Positions 1-13,771 of a DNA stretch of 64,000 nucleotides are shown in pieces; the stretch's first letter is position 1, and each line of letters starts with the position of its first letter. A program made the translations under genes and the position numbers. The stretch spans positions 17,546,001-17,610,000 of the forward strand of contig OZ024743.1 in the NCBI GenBank assembly GCA_964016885.1, read 5' to 3'. The notes under the pieces are model-generated. The model did no database searches and was not told the DNA's origin. It saw nothing but the letters and a program-made list of their open reading frames with translations. The DNA is from Eledone cirrhosa. Its lineage: Eukaryota.

Positions 1-165
<165 letters not shown>

Positions 166-182
166 ATATATTCATATTTATA

Positions 183-752
183 TGTGCCATAAATTTAAGA
201 GATAATTCTGTCAATTCCTGGATCCTCCATTGTATTTTCTGTTTTGTACTATAATTTTATAGCCCATTTAGTAATGGTTGTTCATCAAATAACCCCACTA
301 CATATTTCTCTTATTGCAAATAATATTAAATATTTCCCTAATTCTATAGATATTTGTGAGTATGCACTGTTTATTTGCCAATTAGTTGGACAGATTAATT
401 GTCGATGAGCCGGAAGTATTTAGGAGATAGGAAAATGCAAATGCATTATTGACTTTGTCTATTCATTCAGTGGTTGTAATCTGTAGTTATGTGGGTGGTT
501 GTCTTATCTTTCGGAAAAGTGTTTTAGTGTAAAATATCCATTATTCTAATCAAGTGTTTTAATTTGACAAGCCCAATGGCTTTGTTTGAAGGCTGGTGGT
601 TCCTAAGTGTTATCAAATGATAAATTAATTATTGACCTATTTGTTTAATTATTTTGTAGTAATTCATTCCTTTCAAAATTGGTAAAATGCGACTTAAATA
701 TTTTGGCTGTTAATTCATTTTCCCTTTGCGTTGTTGCTAAACATTTCTGTAC
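183..752 (-). mobile_element. Highly decayed PLE fragment (RT C-terminus/linker/GIY-YIG)
   Basis: Frameshifted minus-strand peptides FKSHF, YYKII, INLSF, CIC, CP, QCILTNIY, KYVVG, TELSLK occur in the same order as in the intact PLE at 47.7-49.8 kb. Flanked by (TA)n. Confidence 0.45.
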
Positions 753-2339
753 TAATATATATATATATATATATATATATTTGTGCCACTGAATACGTTT
801 ATTACATGAACAGAAACATCTGGCTTTGTTTCTTTAAGTATATGAATATAGTTTTGCTGTTTTGTATATTCATTAATAAATGGGGTTAATTCCTCATCAC
901 ATATATTTCGTTAATTATACTACAATAAATTAAAACTCAATGTTAACAGGTAGGGTTTCACTATTGAGAATTCACTAAGAGGATTATATTATGGAATCTG
1001 ATGTATTGGTATACAGAGTTAATAATCTCTGTGCTTTAATGGTGATCTGTAGGAAAATGGTTTTAGTATTTTTCAGTTCTTTCCAGAAACACGCTGTTTT
1101 TATTAGCAGATAGGACTAAGCCGGCGTTTGTTGTACATATTGAGTTCATCTAGTTCACATATTTCTGCTACGACGTAGTGTCTTTGGGTCGCATCAAATA
1201 ATTGTTTGCCTAGGTCTGATTGACAATAAATAGAAGGGTGTATCGTCAGAGCATTATAAGGATTATATCGACAGTACACGCGCCCATATAACCGACAAAT
1301 GTCCAATAATATCAAACATAACGTCTTAAAATTTACATATTTGCTGAATATTATTAATCTCTTTACTCGCTATGGCAGCTGGTTTAACGATTTAACGATA
1401 GAAGACTGCAATATGGAATTGTGTATCTTTATAGGATTTCGTTTCTTCCTTACTTTGCATAGTAAACATTCTATGCCTCCCTCGGATGCGACTAGACTGC
1501 TTTCTTATTTTGAAGTTTATGTCTGCGACCATTGTTAATCTATTGATACATATGATTTCCTATTTCGTAAATATTGAGAGTGTAGCCCATGGACAAAAGA
1601 TCCATGGGGAAAATAATTGTTCATTCACACATTAACCAAGTTTTTTGTCATTTATATCCTCTAGATTGACGAAAACTGAATGATAAATTAAGAACCGGCT
1701 TTAAATATTTACTGCATTCAATATGAACGTGTAAGCCGTTTTTGGTGGCGTTGCCAAGAATAAAATTTACTATGTGGTTTCATGATTATGTTTAGTGGTT
1801 TTCGTGCCTAATGCATTGGAATTTTACATTGAGTTGGATTTTCTTTATAATCTCGTATATTTTTTGTGTCGAGGCTTCTGTATGAAAGAGATCCTCCATG
1901 GAACCCTGAGGCTTTACGTTTTATTATGACAAATTGACAGAGCTGCAGTTTGGCAAATTTGATTTTCGGTTAGAAAATATTTTCCGGCATATACATTTAT
2001 CAGCAAAGAATTCCTACCGTGGTGAGTTTCACTATTTCTTTTTCCAAGTTTGATTAAATATCAGTAACGTACATGAGTAATTCAAATGAGCTGTTCTCCT
2101 GAGCATGAAATATTATCAAATTGAATTTGCTGAAATTTCAATAGAATGCAACACATAATAACTGTAAATATTAAACAAAAATAAGCGATCGCACGGAGAT
2201 CCATCGTGAAACAAACAAAAGACCTATTGATTAATAGTAAATATGTAAATAAACATTCGTACACAGATAGTCATTCTACCAATATATAACATAAAATTAC
2301 AAAGGATCAAGCAGATACAGTGATTCCATGTAGTAATGT

Positions 2340-4170
2340 TGAAGGAGATTAAAGACAGTTATGGTTAAACAATAAAGCATTGAGTCCACCTACAGCGTAT
2401 CTTATTAGGGCTGTACTAGGACACTTATAAATGAGTAGCAATGGTTGCACAACATTTCCTTGACTTTTGTGGAAGTTGCACCAATATATCTCTAATACTT
2501 ACTACCCGTTTTTACTTCGCATTCATAAACAATATTATCCTCTAAACAGTTATTATTCAAAGGGCAAATATTATCAATAGCTACCTGTCATCAATTTCAC
2601 CAACACTACTCAATAAGGCACTGGTATAGGCAATTAAATATACAGTTATTACTAGTGAGGAAGCTAACATTATTCTTACGAGCAGGAAAAGGATGCTATA
2701 TTTCAGTGGGGAATTATGGACCAGAGCCGACAGGCCTGTTAACTTCGACATCACCATGTGATCTACAGACTCAGCTCAGGTCATGGACCTTGCGGGAGTC
2801 TACATCCTAAACCTAATTAACAGAAGGATGCCGGAACTTGATGGAGACTTGTACCTCGATGACGTTCTTTTCACGTTAGCAAACCATAACAATATAGTCC
2901 CAAATAGGGAAATGAATATAAAAATAGATCGATTAAACAATTATGTTCTTAATCTAGAAATAGAAAATAACAATAGAATAGCCAACTTCCTAGACATAAC
3001 GTTAAACCTCAATTCTGGCCTACTACCCATACCATGAATTACATGATTATCTCAATTATGTTAGCTACTACTCAGACCTCCCTAGAAACGTTAAGAAGTC
3101 CATATTCAAAAGTGTAGAACAGAGAATCCCTAGATTCTCAGCTGACAGTGAAATCTTTGACGGCGCGGCTAGATACTATAATAATGCATTAGCTAGAAAA
3201 GGTTAACAGGATAAAATTGAGTACATGCATATAGATAAAAATAATTACACACCCACTCATAGACGCAAACAAACCATATACATAAACAGCAACATAAACT
3301 CAATAAATGGCAATGGAAAAAATAGGCGTACTCGAAACCAAAAGAAGATAAATCCTGTTCCAAATTGATATAACTCAAATACCATCAGAAGTTCCATAAA
3401 AGGGTTAGATCCGGCTCTGTTATATGGTATAATCCACCCGCTCCCTGTGAATACAAAATAGAATAGCTAGGCCTTTCTTTAACCCATTAAATTGGTAATT
3501 TCTTTGATCATATAAATAGAGTAAAAACTTTAACCGACACGCAATTAAAATTTCCTACTTCACTACCAAAAGCATAGCCCAGATTATAGCGAAAATTAAC
3601 AATAGAAATTTGGGTATAAAACATAGGCGAATAACTCACAAAGCAAACATAGAATTACTGAGAGATTAAACATCAACTCAAATAAGAGGGATACACAAAT
3701 AACATAGATGAGATAAACGTACGCACATACAGACACAGAGAGGGAACAGTGAATTGTAACGTAAATAATTGCAACAGCAGAAATCGTAATATGTTCCTAT
3801 TGAATAATAACTGATTTGATGATAATATTGTTTATGAATGCGAGGAAAACAGGAGTAGTAACTATTATGGATATATTGCTTCAACTTCTACTAGATGCAA
3901 GGCAAGGTGGTACAACCATCGGAACTCATTTAAAAAAGAGCTGATAAAAGATCTAGCACGGACCTGTCGGAACTGATTTGTTCGCTAAAAATAAATAAGT
4001 AGAATACACAAGTTTTTGGTCAAAGCTCACACATGATTTTCCATACATAAATGGATCTATATCAATGGGGTCTGATCTTCTACCACAGCGACTCTCCACA
4101 CCATAAATAGTAGACAGAAAATGTTCAGAATCTTTAGTTCTTGTCTACACAAACATGTATTTAGTTGAAA
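2340..4170 (+). mobile_element. Decayed Penelope-like element (RT + GIY-YIG), WxNPP/CxC clade
   Basis: FDITM..STDSAQVMDLAG...LYLDD...NFLDITLNL (2740-3035); WYNPP at ~3425; YIASTSTRCKARWYNHRNSFK at ~3870-3935. Many stops and frameshifts. Confidence 0.85.
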
Positions 4171-4846
4171 CTTAAAACTTAAATAACGTTATATAAACCA
4201 CCAAATAAGTAATTCAGCATTCATTAATATATAGCTTATAACTTCAGGATCTAGTTACACGTATTTAAAATTAGAATTAGTATCTAAGTGAATATGACAA
4301 TAATTTAGGAGCATGTATGTAAGGTACTCTTGTGTATTTTAAATGAATGTGTGCACGTGCCTATTTTTCAAATAACGGCAGCATGCGTGCAAGATAAGAA
4401 GTAGCTAAAAGATCACAAAACCACATGCTTTATAAGTTACTTCACACATTTAGAATCTAATTTGCAGCCTGTCAAATTCAGAAATCACCATATTCATGTA
4501 GGAATTGCACTTTCAAGATGACAAACCCAGACGGATTGAAGCTTTCAATAATATATTTATAAGGACGAGTTTACTAGTATAATCAGTTCTAATAAATTGT
4601 ACGAATTACCTTAATAAAATCAAATGTACTAAATCATCCTGTCACAATTATTTCCATGATTCTAAAAAAAAATAATTAATGAACAGACACACAGAGACAC
4701 ACAATCATACATATACCAACGCTGTAGGCGGACACTAAACTGTACAGAAGTGTCTAAATGTCCTTGCTGATGAGGCTGCTCCTACTTGAATTATGTAATA
4801 CTTCATAGCATCTGGCAAAATGAATCTGGAAAATGAAATGAACCTG

Positions 4847-4960
4847 TATATATATATATATATATATAGATATATACATATAAGTATTCTTCTTCTTCTT
4901 CTTCTTCTTCTTCTTCTTCTTCTTCTTCTTCTTCTTCTTTATTTTATTATCATTATTATT
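4847..4960. repeat. Compound microsatellite (TA)n-(TTC)n-(TTA)n
   Basis: Directly visible. Confidence 0.95.
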
Positions 4961-4974
4961 AATGCAGGTTAACA

Positions 4975-5068
4975 TTGCCTTTCATCCTTACGGTGTCGAT
5001 AAAATAAAGTACCAGTAATGCACTGGGTAATTGCTTGCCTTGTGCCAAAAGTAGAAACAATTATTATT
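4975..5068 (+). mobile_element. SINE 3' half (same family as 9834-10012)
   Basis: ttgcctttcatccttacggtgtcgataaaataaagtaccagtaatgcactggg...ccttgtgccaaa matches 9923-10000. Confidence 0.8.
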
Positions 5069-5099
5069 AATGAAGGTGGAGGATATACCGGGATATTTA

Positions 5100-5420
5100 G
5101 CTATCTGTCAGGTCGCAACAAAGCCCTCAGTACCTAACCAAGGCGCGCTTTATTTGACATCCAAACAGTATGCTACTCCCAGTTGCCCTAGGAAGTCTTG
5201 GAGTTTCAACGGGATTGAGCTAATGACCCGATCACAACTGATATGGCCTTCACATTACTCTCCTGCATTCCAAATAGTCTTGCCAGGTCAACTTTCAGCT
5301 TATGGTATTTGGTGATATTATCAATCTTCTTACTTGCAATAGGCGTTCCATTTGTCATAGTCACGTCGATTATCTGACAGTATCTGATTATATGACCGAT
5401 GACAATTTCTGTTTTCAATT
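5100..5420 (-). mobile_element. 3' fragment of an R4/Dong-like non-LTR retrotransposon (restriction-like endonuclease)
   Basis: ORF 5206-5418, CQIIDVT...KKIDNITKYHKLKVDLARLF...VVIGSL, fits the RLE C-terminal pattern (IID...K..KY..L..E...W...P.VIG.LG). Adjacent to (TTA)n. Confidence 0.7.
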
Positions 5421-6397
5421 GTGTTATTATGTATAAAATGAAATGTAATTATTCTTTTTTATCACTTGAAAGAAACAGATTCTACATTTCCTAATTAACT
5501 GTTCATATATAACAAACATATTTTATATGTTTTCAATGTTAATTGTCTTCATTTGGGAACCATATGGCCGCAAGAGAAAGCTTTTCACTAGACATATATA
5601 AAGCTATATTGTTCACTACATCTCATAATAATTCAATAAACTACGTACATCTAAGTGTGAGAATAGGATAATCCTGAAATAAATGTGTATCTAATTCAAT
5701 TTATTCTTCTGAACATTAACATTTTCTCTACTAATCAAATAAAACAGTATATTGGATATACTTGAAATTTGCCAAATTTAAATGCTCGTATATTTATAAT
5801 TCATTCATGGGCACCGCATTGTTACCAAGACGCAACAAATACTAACTTCGGTATTTACACGGATTTTCTTCGCAAAACAATATACCGTTGCAACTTTCAT
5901 AATTTAGCCCTCAGTAAACTTAAGTAACACATGTATACTGATGAAAGATAAATAGTTTTCTTTCTACTTATTTTCAATTCTGCTATAAAACCCACTTTAC
6001 TTCATAAGGCCGATGAGTGCGCATTTTTAAATATTCAAATACAAAGATAAGCGATACAAATAAAAGCAATAAAGCTTAGAGCTTTAATAGTAAGTAACAC
6101 TATTTTAGATTCTAGATGTAATAGGCTAGATTTCCACCGATCTGGATGGAAATCTGGAGAATCTAACAAATATTGAAAATACTACAATTAATTAAATCAT
6201 AATATCACGCATAACTGAGACATTGCTATGGTAATACTTTCAGAAGGATAAACATGATTGAATTATTCGAAATGTGATCGATATCTACCGTATGAACATT
6301 GTTTGTACTGAAGGTAATGGTACCAATATGTAGTAATATCTAATCAGTATTCAGATTCAATTATTCCTCCCAATAATCTTATTTCTTTCTTCTATAG

Positions 6398-6533
6398 ATA
6401 TATTACGTTAATATAACATCTATTATTTCAAACCTGAACAGTCTGCAAGATTTTAGAGATTAGTTGCTTTAGATGTAAATTATGGATATACATTATCTTC
6501 TAGTTGAAGTCAACAACAGAAATCACTGCGTTT
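6398..6533 (+). other. Candidate non-coding exon
   Basis: Polypyrimidine acceptor tttctttcttctatag and donor gtaagt. Stops in all three frames. Confidence 0.25.
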
Positions 6534-8514
6534 GTAAGTGATCCTTTTATTTTGTGTATTATTCATAGAAATATAAACCTGACGTGCATAATGAAAAAAA
6601 TGACAGTTTGAAATACAATATTAGGATTGCAATATTAACATTGCTTTAACGTACGACATAGATTAACGTTATCGAATCGAATCCACTTTATTACGTTGGG
6701 CTTCGTTTCTTATAATGATAATTTATGCACTATATTTCATCATAAGCTGTCAAAGAAACAACGCTATTGCCTGCGATGGATATAGAATGTTTATGTGACA
6801 GGAGTAAAATAGAAGAAAAATACAATAGCAACTTCAAATAGAAAGTACGGGTTGTATCATTTACAAATACAACGCTTTATTTCCTTTTCTTGAAAAAAGA
6901 TATGGAGCGGTTTCGGTATGGTAGATCTGACATATGTGTTAGTCTATTACGCCATTAACTCACAAGAAATTGTCTTTCAAGTGTTTAAGGATATTATGTC
7001 TATAGTTTCCTTGATTAAAATTTAGTTATATTTTATTTAAATGGCATTTGGAAGTAGATGTATGGAATGTTTATTGTACATTCCCTCTTGTGCATCTGTA
7101 GTCAATCCCATCTGTTTCATTTCTGGAAGATTTTCACTTAATATGAGAGGAATAATATTCATACCATAATTAACTTCTATTTCATGTGTAGGATTTAATC
7201 ATGTTAAGAGATTCTTACATATGTTCGATACTTATTCTTGTTTGAATATCAGTTATCGCTTTAATAATTTAGGCGTTATTGCATTCCAATCCCAGTCGTA
7301 GCCCCCCCCCCCCCCCCAGTTACTCCAATGAATATGTACAGACTCCTTCATAATTGAAAATGTATTTTTGGTATTTTATATTGCAATGCATGATATGCGG
7401 ATGTTTGCAGCAGACCATGCACTCATATATAGAAAGCCCACTGACTCGCTCATTGAGATAATACTTTGGTAGACAACATAAAAATAGCTGCCATAATGAT
7501 GACAAGTGCCATGATAATAATTATTCAGCATGTAAAGAAGATTTATATTTGGTTTTCTTTTTCTAAATATGTCTACAAATAAATGCATATTCAACAGCAG
7601 GGCATAAGCTACTATTATATATTGGAGCTACAATTATGTATCTTAATATTTTTCCTGGTGCAGAAAAATCACTCTAAAATTGTACCATATGTGGCATGCA
7701 ACTTATCTAAAGCTAAATTTCGTATGTTATATGGGAAAGTGAATATGGAAAATGAAAGGTTTGCTATGAGTATTTGGAGATGTAATACATATACATTTTT
7801 TATTACCGAGAAAATTTATTTGCTTATCGTAGCGTTAATTTTGATTACATATTTTCACTATATTGAATTTGTTTTTACTTTTTGCATTCCAACCTGTAAA
7901 GCTCATAGGTTCGCTTTTTCTTTTTTGGTTTTCTGTAATTGACATACAAATGATCTTTTATAGACGACAGCTGAAGACAAGAATACATATTGATATATTC
8001 GTTTCATGCCATTTATCAATACTACACATAAAAGTGAAACTGGTGGAAATACCCTTTTTTTACCACTAGTAACCAGTTTACTACATTGCAATAATTACTG
8101 TGATAATGGGTTAGACAATGACATTAGATTATTGATAAATTGATATTTAGATAAATTATAATTTATTTAAAGATAATGTCTAATATTCATACTCGAAATT
8201 ATAAATAATATTTACCTTAAAATATGTAATGACAGCTCAGAGTCTATGAAACAGCAACCATACATTTTGTCATATGTGTGGAATAAATATTAATTCAAAT
8301 GCTTTCATGATTCGTCAATGCTATTTGCATGTTCCTTAAATTAAGCAACTTGCACTCTCTTTTCACCTAATCTTTTTTGTGGTATTCGATTCCACCACTT
8401 TCTGATGTAATGGATGGTTGTTTATATGTTGATAACCCCCTCTCGGTTTCCACATATATCTCTATTTACACTTCATATTAAAAATTATTAAATTGCCTTT
8501 TACGTCATTCTCAG

Positions 8515-8600
8515 GAAAATAATTTCACTAGTATGCTGACGGAAACGAATTATTTTATTATGGCTGCCAATCACGAATGTTGCAGTGTCTCAATTTGCAG
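8515..8600 (+). other. Candidate exon (ENNFTSMLTETNYFIMAANHECCSVSIC)
   Basis: Acceptor cattctcag and strong donor CAG|gtgagt. One open frame. Confidence 0.3.
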
Positions 8601-9833
8601 GTGAGTAAAAAAATGTAATAAATTATTTACTTCGAAGAATTAAAAAAATATAAAAGAAGAAAAAAACATAGTAGGAGACTGTTAAACCTGTTTTGGTTTC
8701 ATAATATCTACTCTTCTCTGGATGTAAATATGTTTACTCTGTCAAACCTGAACACAAGGACGTCTCCGTAACCGTAAAATGAAAATGTCTTAATTTAAAT
8801 GCATTAATAAACGAGTGGTTTTAAGAAAAGAAAATAAAAGTATAAAAGAATGTGAATGACAATGTGAATGAAAAACGAAAGAGAGAATATATTCTCTATA
8901 TACAACGGATTAACCTGTATAATATGTGCTAGTAAATTCGCTGCACAGTGTTAGTAATAGAAGAAAAAGAAACTGGATAATTGGGCTCGTAAAAAACTGT
9001 TACCCCTTATCAAATAATATCTGCGAAAATATGTAAATCTAAACGATTGATTTCAACAACTTCCCGAAATATATCAATTCGACCAACCGCGAATATATTT
9101 AGCCATTTATTCCTCTTAATTAGATGTTTTGAATATATTTAAGATGAATAATATGATGATCTAACATATCGAATATTATCAAAAACGTTGTCTTCAATTA
9201 AGGTTCTCTTGAACGATGAAACCTATAAATGTTGCAAATCTAAATACCTAAAATTTTTTAGTTGGATAAATAATTTCACTGATATGCATTGGATAATGAG
9301 TCTACTTTTTAAACTAGGGCATGTTCTTGTTAAAGTGAATCCTAGGAACACATATTGCGTCAAGGAGGATAATAATATAGAATCATCTAAAACAAACTAG
9401 ACATTAATATTTGATTTATATTAAATGGGAATTTCTATATATCAAAAGCAATATTCGATATGAAGTTTAGTATTAGACCGAATATTTGATCGAATAAGCA
9501 GCGTAATAAAAGATAGGGACAAATGAACTTTTACCCTTCCGAGAGAACCTATTATTATCAGATTATTTCTGTTTTCATCAATCATAGATTTGATATTTGT
9601 ATCTTCAGATTATACCGTTTGAATAATTTCCTTGATGAATATATGATGTTTCTATTAAGATAGATACATGTTAGACGGCATATTCGTCGCATTGATTTTC
9701 ATTTCCGTGTTAGTGTGCATTGGCATATCCCAGAGTGTAGTAAATATGTCATTTTCTGAAAACTTTTCAGGCTTATGTTTCCTCCACCTTTTTCCTGGTG
9801 TTATAATTGTTTTTTATTATATGTAATCCCTAG

Positions 9834-10012
9834 GGCGGTGGATTGGCAGTGCCGGTAGAGAGTCGGATGCCATGCTTTCCAGCATAGTTACGGTCTGAGT
9901 TCAAATCCCGCCGAGGTTTACTTTGCCTTTCATCCTTACAGGGTCGATAACATAAAATTCCAGTAATGCACTGGGCTTATTGCTGACCTTGTGCCAAAGT
10001 TAGAGACAATTA
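9834..10012 (+). mobile_element. Full-length tRNA-headed SINE (octopod OK-like by recall) with 13-bp TSD
   Basis: A-box-like tggcagtgccgg and B box gagttcaaatcc. TSD attatatgtaatc at 9816-9828 and 10009-10021. Homologous pieces at 4975 and 11015. Confidence 0.85.
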
Positions 10013-10409
10013 TATGTAATCGCAGTTCAATCATGTCAGTTGATATAGTATTTTTGCCTAAGTATGAGCAGCAGAAGACGGTAATTATTTTAAATTAATA
10101 ACACCTTATTCGGGAGTAGATTTCTGCTGCATTATCTATTTTAGGTGCTGGGGAGGATCTCATAATCTGCCATATATATAAATCGCAGTCTTTTGATAAA
10201 GATTTGTTGATTTTGTTAATACTGATTGTTTAATTATTGAACATGTGAGTGTTACGTGAAATTATTTAGCATATAGTTTTGGATATCTACTTTTAAATTT
10301 ATCCCCATAGAAACACCCACCAGACATGGATATCGAATCTCCCGATCTTCGACAGAGGCCAGGAAGTAAGTAGCATATATATATGTTCCTTCTTTATCTT
10401 TTTATCAAC

Positions 10410-10945
10410 CAGACAACATGGTTGATAAAGAATATGTTGGCTAAAATGTCCCTGGCCTCGCGTCGACTTGGAGTAACTGTCTTTTGATGAACGTCCTCAA
10501 GCCGCTAGATTAGGATGGATCTGACGTCAGCAACAAAACAATGTCAGGCACACTCGCACTTGCCCTCATTTTCAGGATTATCAGATCTTCTCATCACTTA
10601 GTCGACTTGGAATTGGAGGTGGGTTAGCGCGTGACCGTCTAGATCTCAACGCATGGCGGAATTCCATATATTTTAGACGGCTGGAAGCCTTTCTAGGAAC
10701 GTATCATTCTATACAGTTAGGGGAAAAATGGAACGGTGCCTTCGACGGTGGCGTAATTCAGCTTTTACCACGACCGCCTGCTGCATCGCTGACCAGCTGA
10801 TGCAGATGCTGCAAAAGGCTGATAGCATCCGCCAAAATTCTATTGTTTATTATTATAAGTTTATGGGCTTTTAATCGATGTTATTTTTTTAATCACTCTC
10901 TCTCTGATATTTGTATTGTCTTCTGTATATCTGTGGTCAATAGAA
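10410..10945 (+). mobile_element. Possible decayed L1/Tx1-like 3' end
   Basis: GC-richer island. Open frame 10526-10800 has H...CP and AWRNSIYF, reminiscent of an ORF2 C-terminus, followed by a T-rich tail ending tgtggtcaatagaaa. Confidence 0.3.
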
Positions 10946-11014
10946 ATGTATTGTTATTGACAGTATAGTTAATGCCTTGGACAACGCGTTCTTTTGGCAT
11001 ATATTAACGTCAAT

Positions 11015-11150
11015 ACGGTGTGAGTTCCAATCCCACCCTATTAGCTTTGCCTTTCTTCCCTACGAGGTCGATAAACTAAAGAGTCAGTAATGTGTTAGCG
11101 TCCTGTTAATTGACATTTCCCTCCTTTAAAATAGTTTGTCTTGTCTAAAG
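11015..11150 (+). mobile_element. Diverged SINE copy
   Basis: gagttccaatccc...ctttgcctttcttccctacgaggtcgataaactaaagagtcagtaatg resembles 9897-9970. Confidence 0.7.
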
Positions 11151-12937
11151 CAGTAATTTTTTTTTTTCATTTTTTTATACATTAAAACACATTCATAAGA
11201 TTTCTATATCATCGTCGTTGTTAGCAATCTCACTCTCGATATTTGATATTTTTAGGTAAATTTATTTATTCAATATTTATTCTTATCTAAATGAAACTGG
11301 CATTACCCCTAATTTCGTCATTGGAAATCATACTGCCTATCTTATCCTATTAAACATTATATCGTAAATTATTTATTATATTAAAGTAACAATATCTTAA
11401 CGGAATGGAAGAATCATTTTAAGGTACATTTCGTAAATGTTAAAGAAACATAAATTTAAGTGATGGGTTTTCTTTATTTTATTTCGTATGTTGCAATATA
11501 TGTATGACTTTTTTTGTGTTTTACACTCGGCCGATTCGTTAAATTTGTTCCATTTGGAATAACGCTTACAATTGAAATTTTGAATTATAATTGGGTATTA
11601 ATTATAATTATATTGAAGTAACAAATGCCCCTGCTTCTTTGAATCGTCTCTATATGAATAAGTCTCCTAATCAGAAACAAATTGTTTAGGTATATATACT
11701 AAGTCATTGCCTATTTCTGATCACCTTTTTCTATTTTGTATTTGATCCCGTGCTCATTATTTCCCGTGAGTTTCATGCAGTTTCAATGTTTTAAAATATA
11801 CGATATATAGTCGAAAATATTTCATTAAATCATCAATTTTAAAATAAAATATTCCAGGCCACTCAAATGGACTGTCTGGCCTGTTTTACGTTACATCACC
11901 GTTAAGTAATAGAGAGTAAAAGTCCCTCACTCAAAAGGACGCCAATCCATCACAGGATTCAGTTCTACCATATTATACAGGTAATTAATGTTTCCGCAAA
12001 TATTTTAAAGTCAGCACATAGCAAATTATATCGCTAGTATAGAAAAACATATTATTCACAGATATCAACCGAATTTGCATAGAAATTACAAAATAATAAT
12101 TCATTAAATGATTTTTTTTTTCACGATTTATATTTAAGCAATTTTAATTTAATTAAATTTAATTTTCAGTCGGAGAAAAATAAATAAAAGAGGATAGTAA
12201 AAGATAGTTGCTGAGAACAATATAGGAATTAAATATAGTACGGTGAGATAAAACGTACTCTTGTTTCTCTAAATACGCAGCGATTGGACAATTTTCCTTT
12301 CACGTGAAAATGATAGGCTCTCATATTGGCAACGGTCATTAAATATGGGTTAACTCCAATAAATCCAGATTATACATAGTAGAGTCTCATATCTCATGGT
12401 GTTTGGGAGATTGGTGACGCGTATGTTCAGGGCGTATAAACAAATATGGTTGAAAAATAAATACCTCTACCACATATTCATACGCAGAATGGACTTGTTG
12501 TTAAACAATTTATGAAGCAGAATGTAACGAAGGTGTTTGACAAAACTATTATGTTAATAACAAACATAGAGTTTTGGGTTATCCTTAAAAACGACTCCAA
12601 TTTTAACAAATGCGAACATTCATGGACACAAACATAGTAATTTGTATATCCGGATGTTCGAAAAGAAACAATTCATCCGCAAGTAAATATAATATTGTTT
12701 TGATATATTTATGATTTCCCTCTTGCTTTTGAATCATCATGTTATTCGACACGGGACGCACACTTACTGAATTTTTCACTACGGAACATAAAGTGATAGA
12801 AACAGCATTAATTTTTTTTAGAAATAATTTTATTGTAATTTGAACGAGATTGACGGTCAGCAGACAAGATCAATTGTGTTTGTAAATAATCTTACAAAAC
12901 ATTGTCTTTAACTCAATGAATCTTCATATAAATATAT

Positions 12938-12990
12938 AGTAATAATAATTAGTGAAGACAAAAATCCGAAGCGAGCTCGATAAGGATTAT
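12938..12990 (-). repeat. Solo terminal fragment of the PLE family ending at 46652
   Basis: agtaataataattagtgaagacaaaaatccgaagcgagctcgataagga recurs at 29493, 46652 and 63594, each time beside (TA)n. Confidence 0.75.
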
Positions 12991-13192
12991 ATATATACAT
13001 ATTTGGTGTGTGTGGGTGTGTGTGTGGGTGATTGAATGTATATTCATGTATATATATATATATATTATGAAGTGAGATTTTTTTACAAAATTCTAAAAAA
13101 CGAGGGGTCCTACACGAGTGAAAGTATAAGGAAAACGATGAAATCGAAAATGCAACTGCAGTCTTTTAAAAGATATATATATTTATTTGGTT

Positions 13193-13232
13193 CCTATACC
13201 GATTTCGCAGTTCTTGTGCTTTTCAAAAGTAG
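13193..13232 (-). ncRNA. Minimal hammerhead motif, U3-A8 core variant
   Basis: Minus strand: TTGAAAA GCA caagaac TGC GAAA TCGG TA. Homolog at 59921-59963. Confidence 0.65.
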
Positions 13233-13602
13233 AATTGAGATGGAGGGTTTGTGGGCTTTCTCGCCTCGTTTATATGTTATTTGTTATTATTTTTTGAAGC
13301 TTTTATTCTAATCTTCTGGTACCTGACCACTGCATATATATGTATTTAATGTTTCTTTTCATGTTACTGTTATATCTACCGTCATCACTACTTTACACAT
13401 ACACTTACTCACCGCTGTAACATTAAATAACACCACCACCACTACTCTTTTCAACAATCGTTTTCTGTACTTATTTGTTTACTTATTTTTCATCTATATC
13501 ATCTTCATTCTAACTTCTTTATTATTATCTTTTAGTATTGATATTATTGTTTTGATTCTCCGATGTATCAATAAATACCAATGCCATGTGATAAACACTC
13601 CA

Positions 13603-13712
13603 GTATTCCGATGATTTGATCAGAGGCAAACACTGTATTTAAGGTCGAGTGACTCAAGCCCGAGTGACTAGCGGCCTTTAGACTCACATGATCAATGAAA
13701 CAATTGTTTATA
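13603..13712 (+). ncRNA. Hammerhead-like motif with long stem II insertion
   Basis: CCGATGA T TTGATCA...(~65 nt)...TGATCAA T GAAAC AATT GTT. Confidence 0.55.
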
Positions 13713-13771
13713 TTATAAATAAAACATTTTTGTACAGCCGACCATATTATTCGTCAAATTTTTCACTATAT

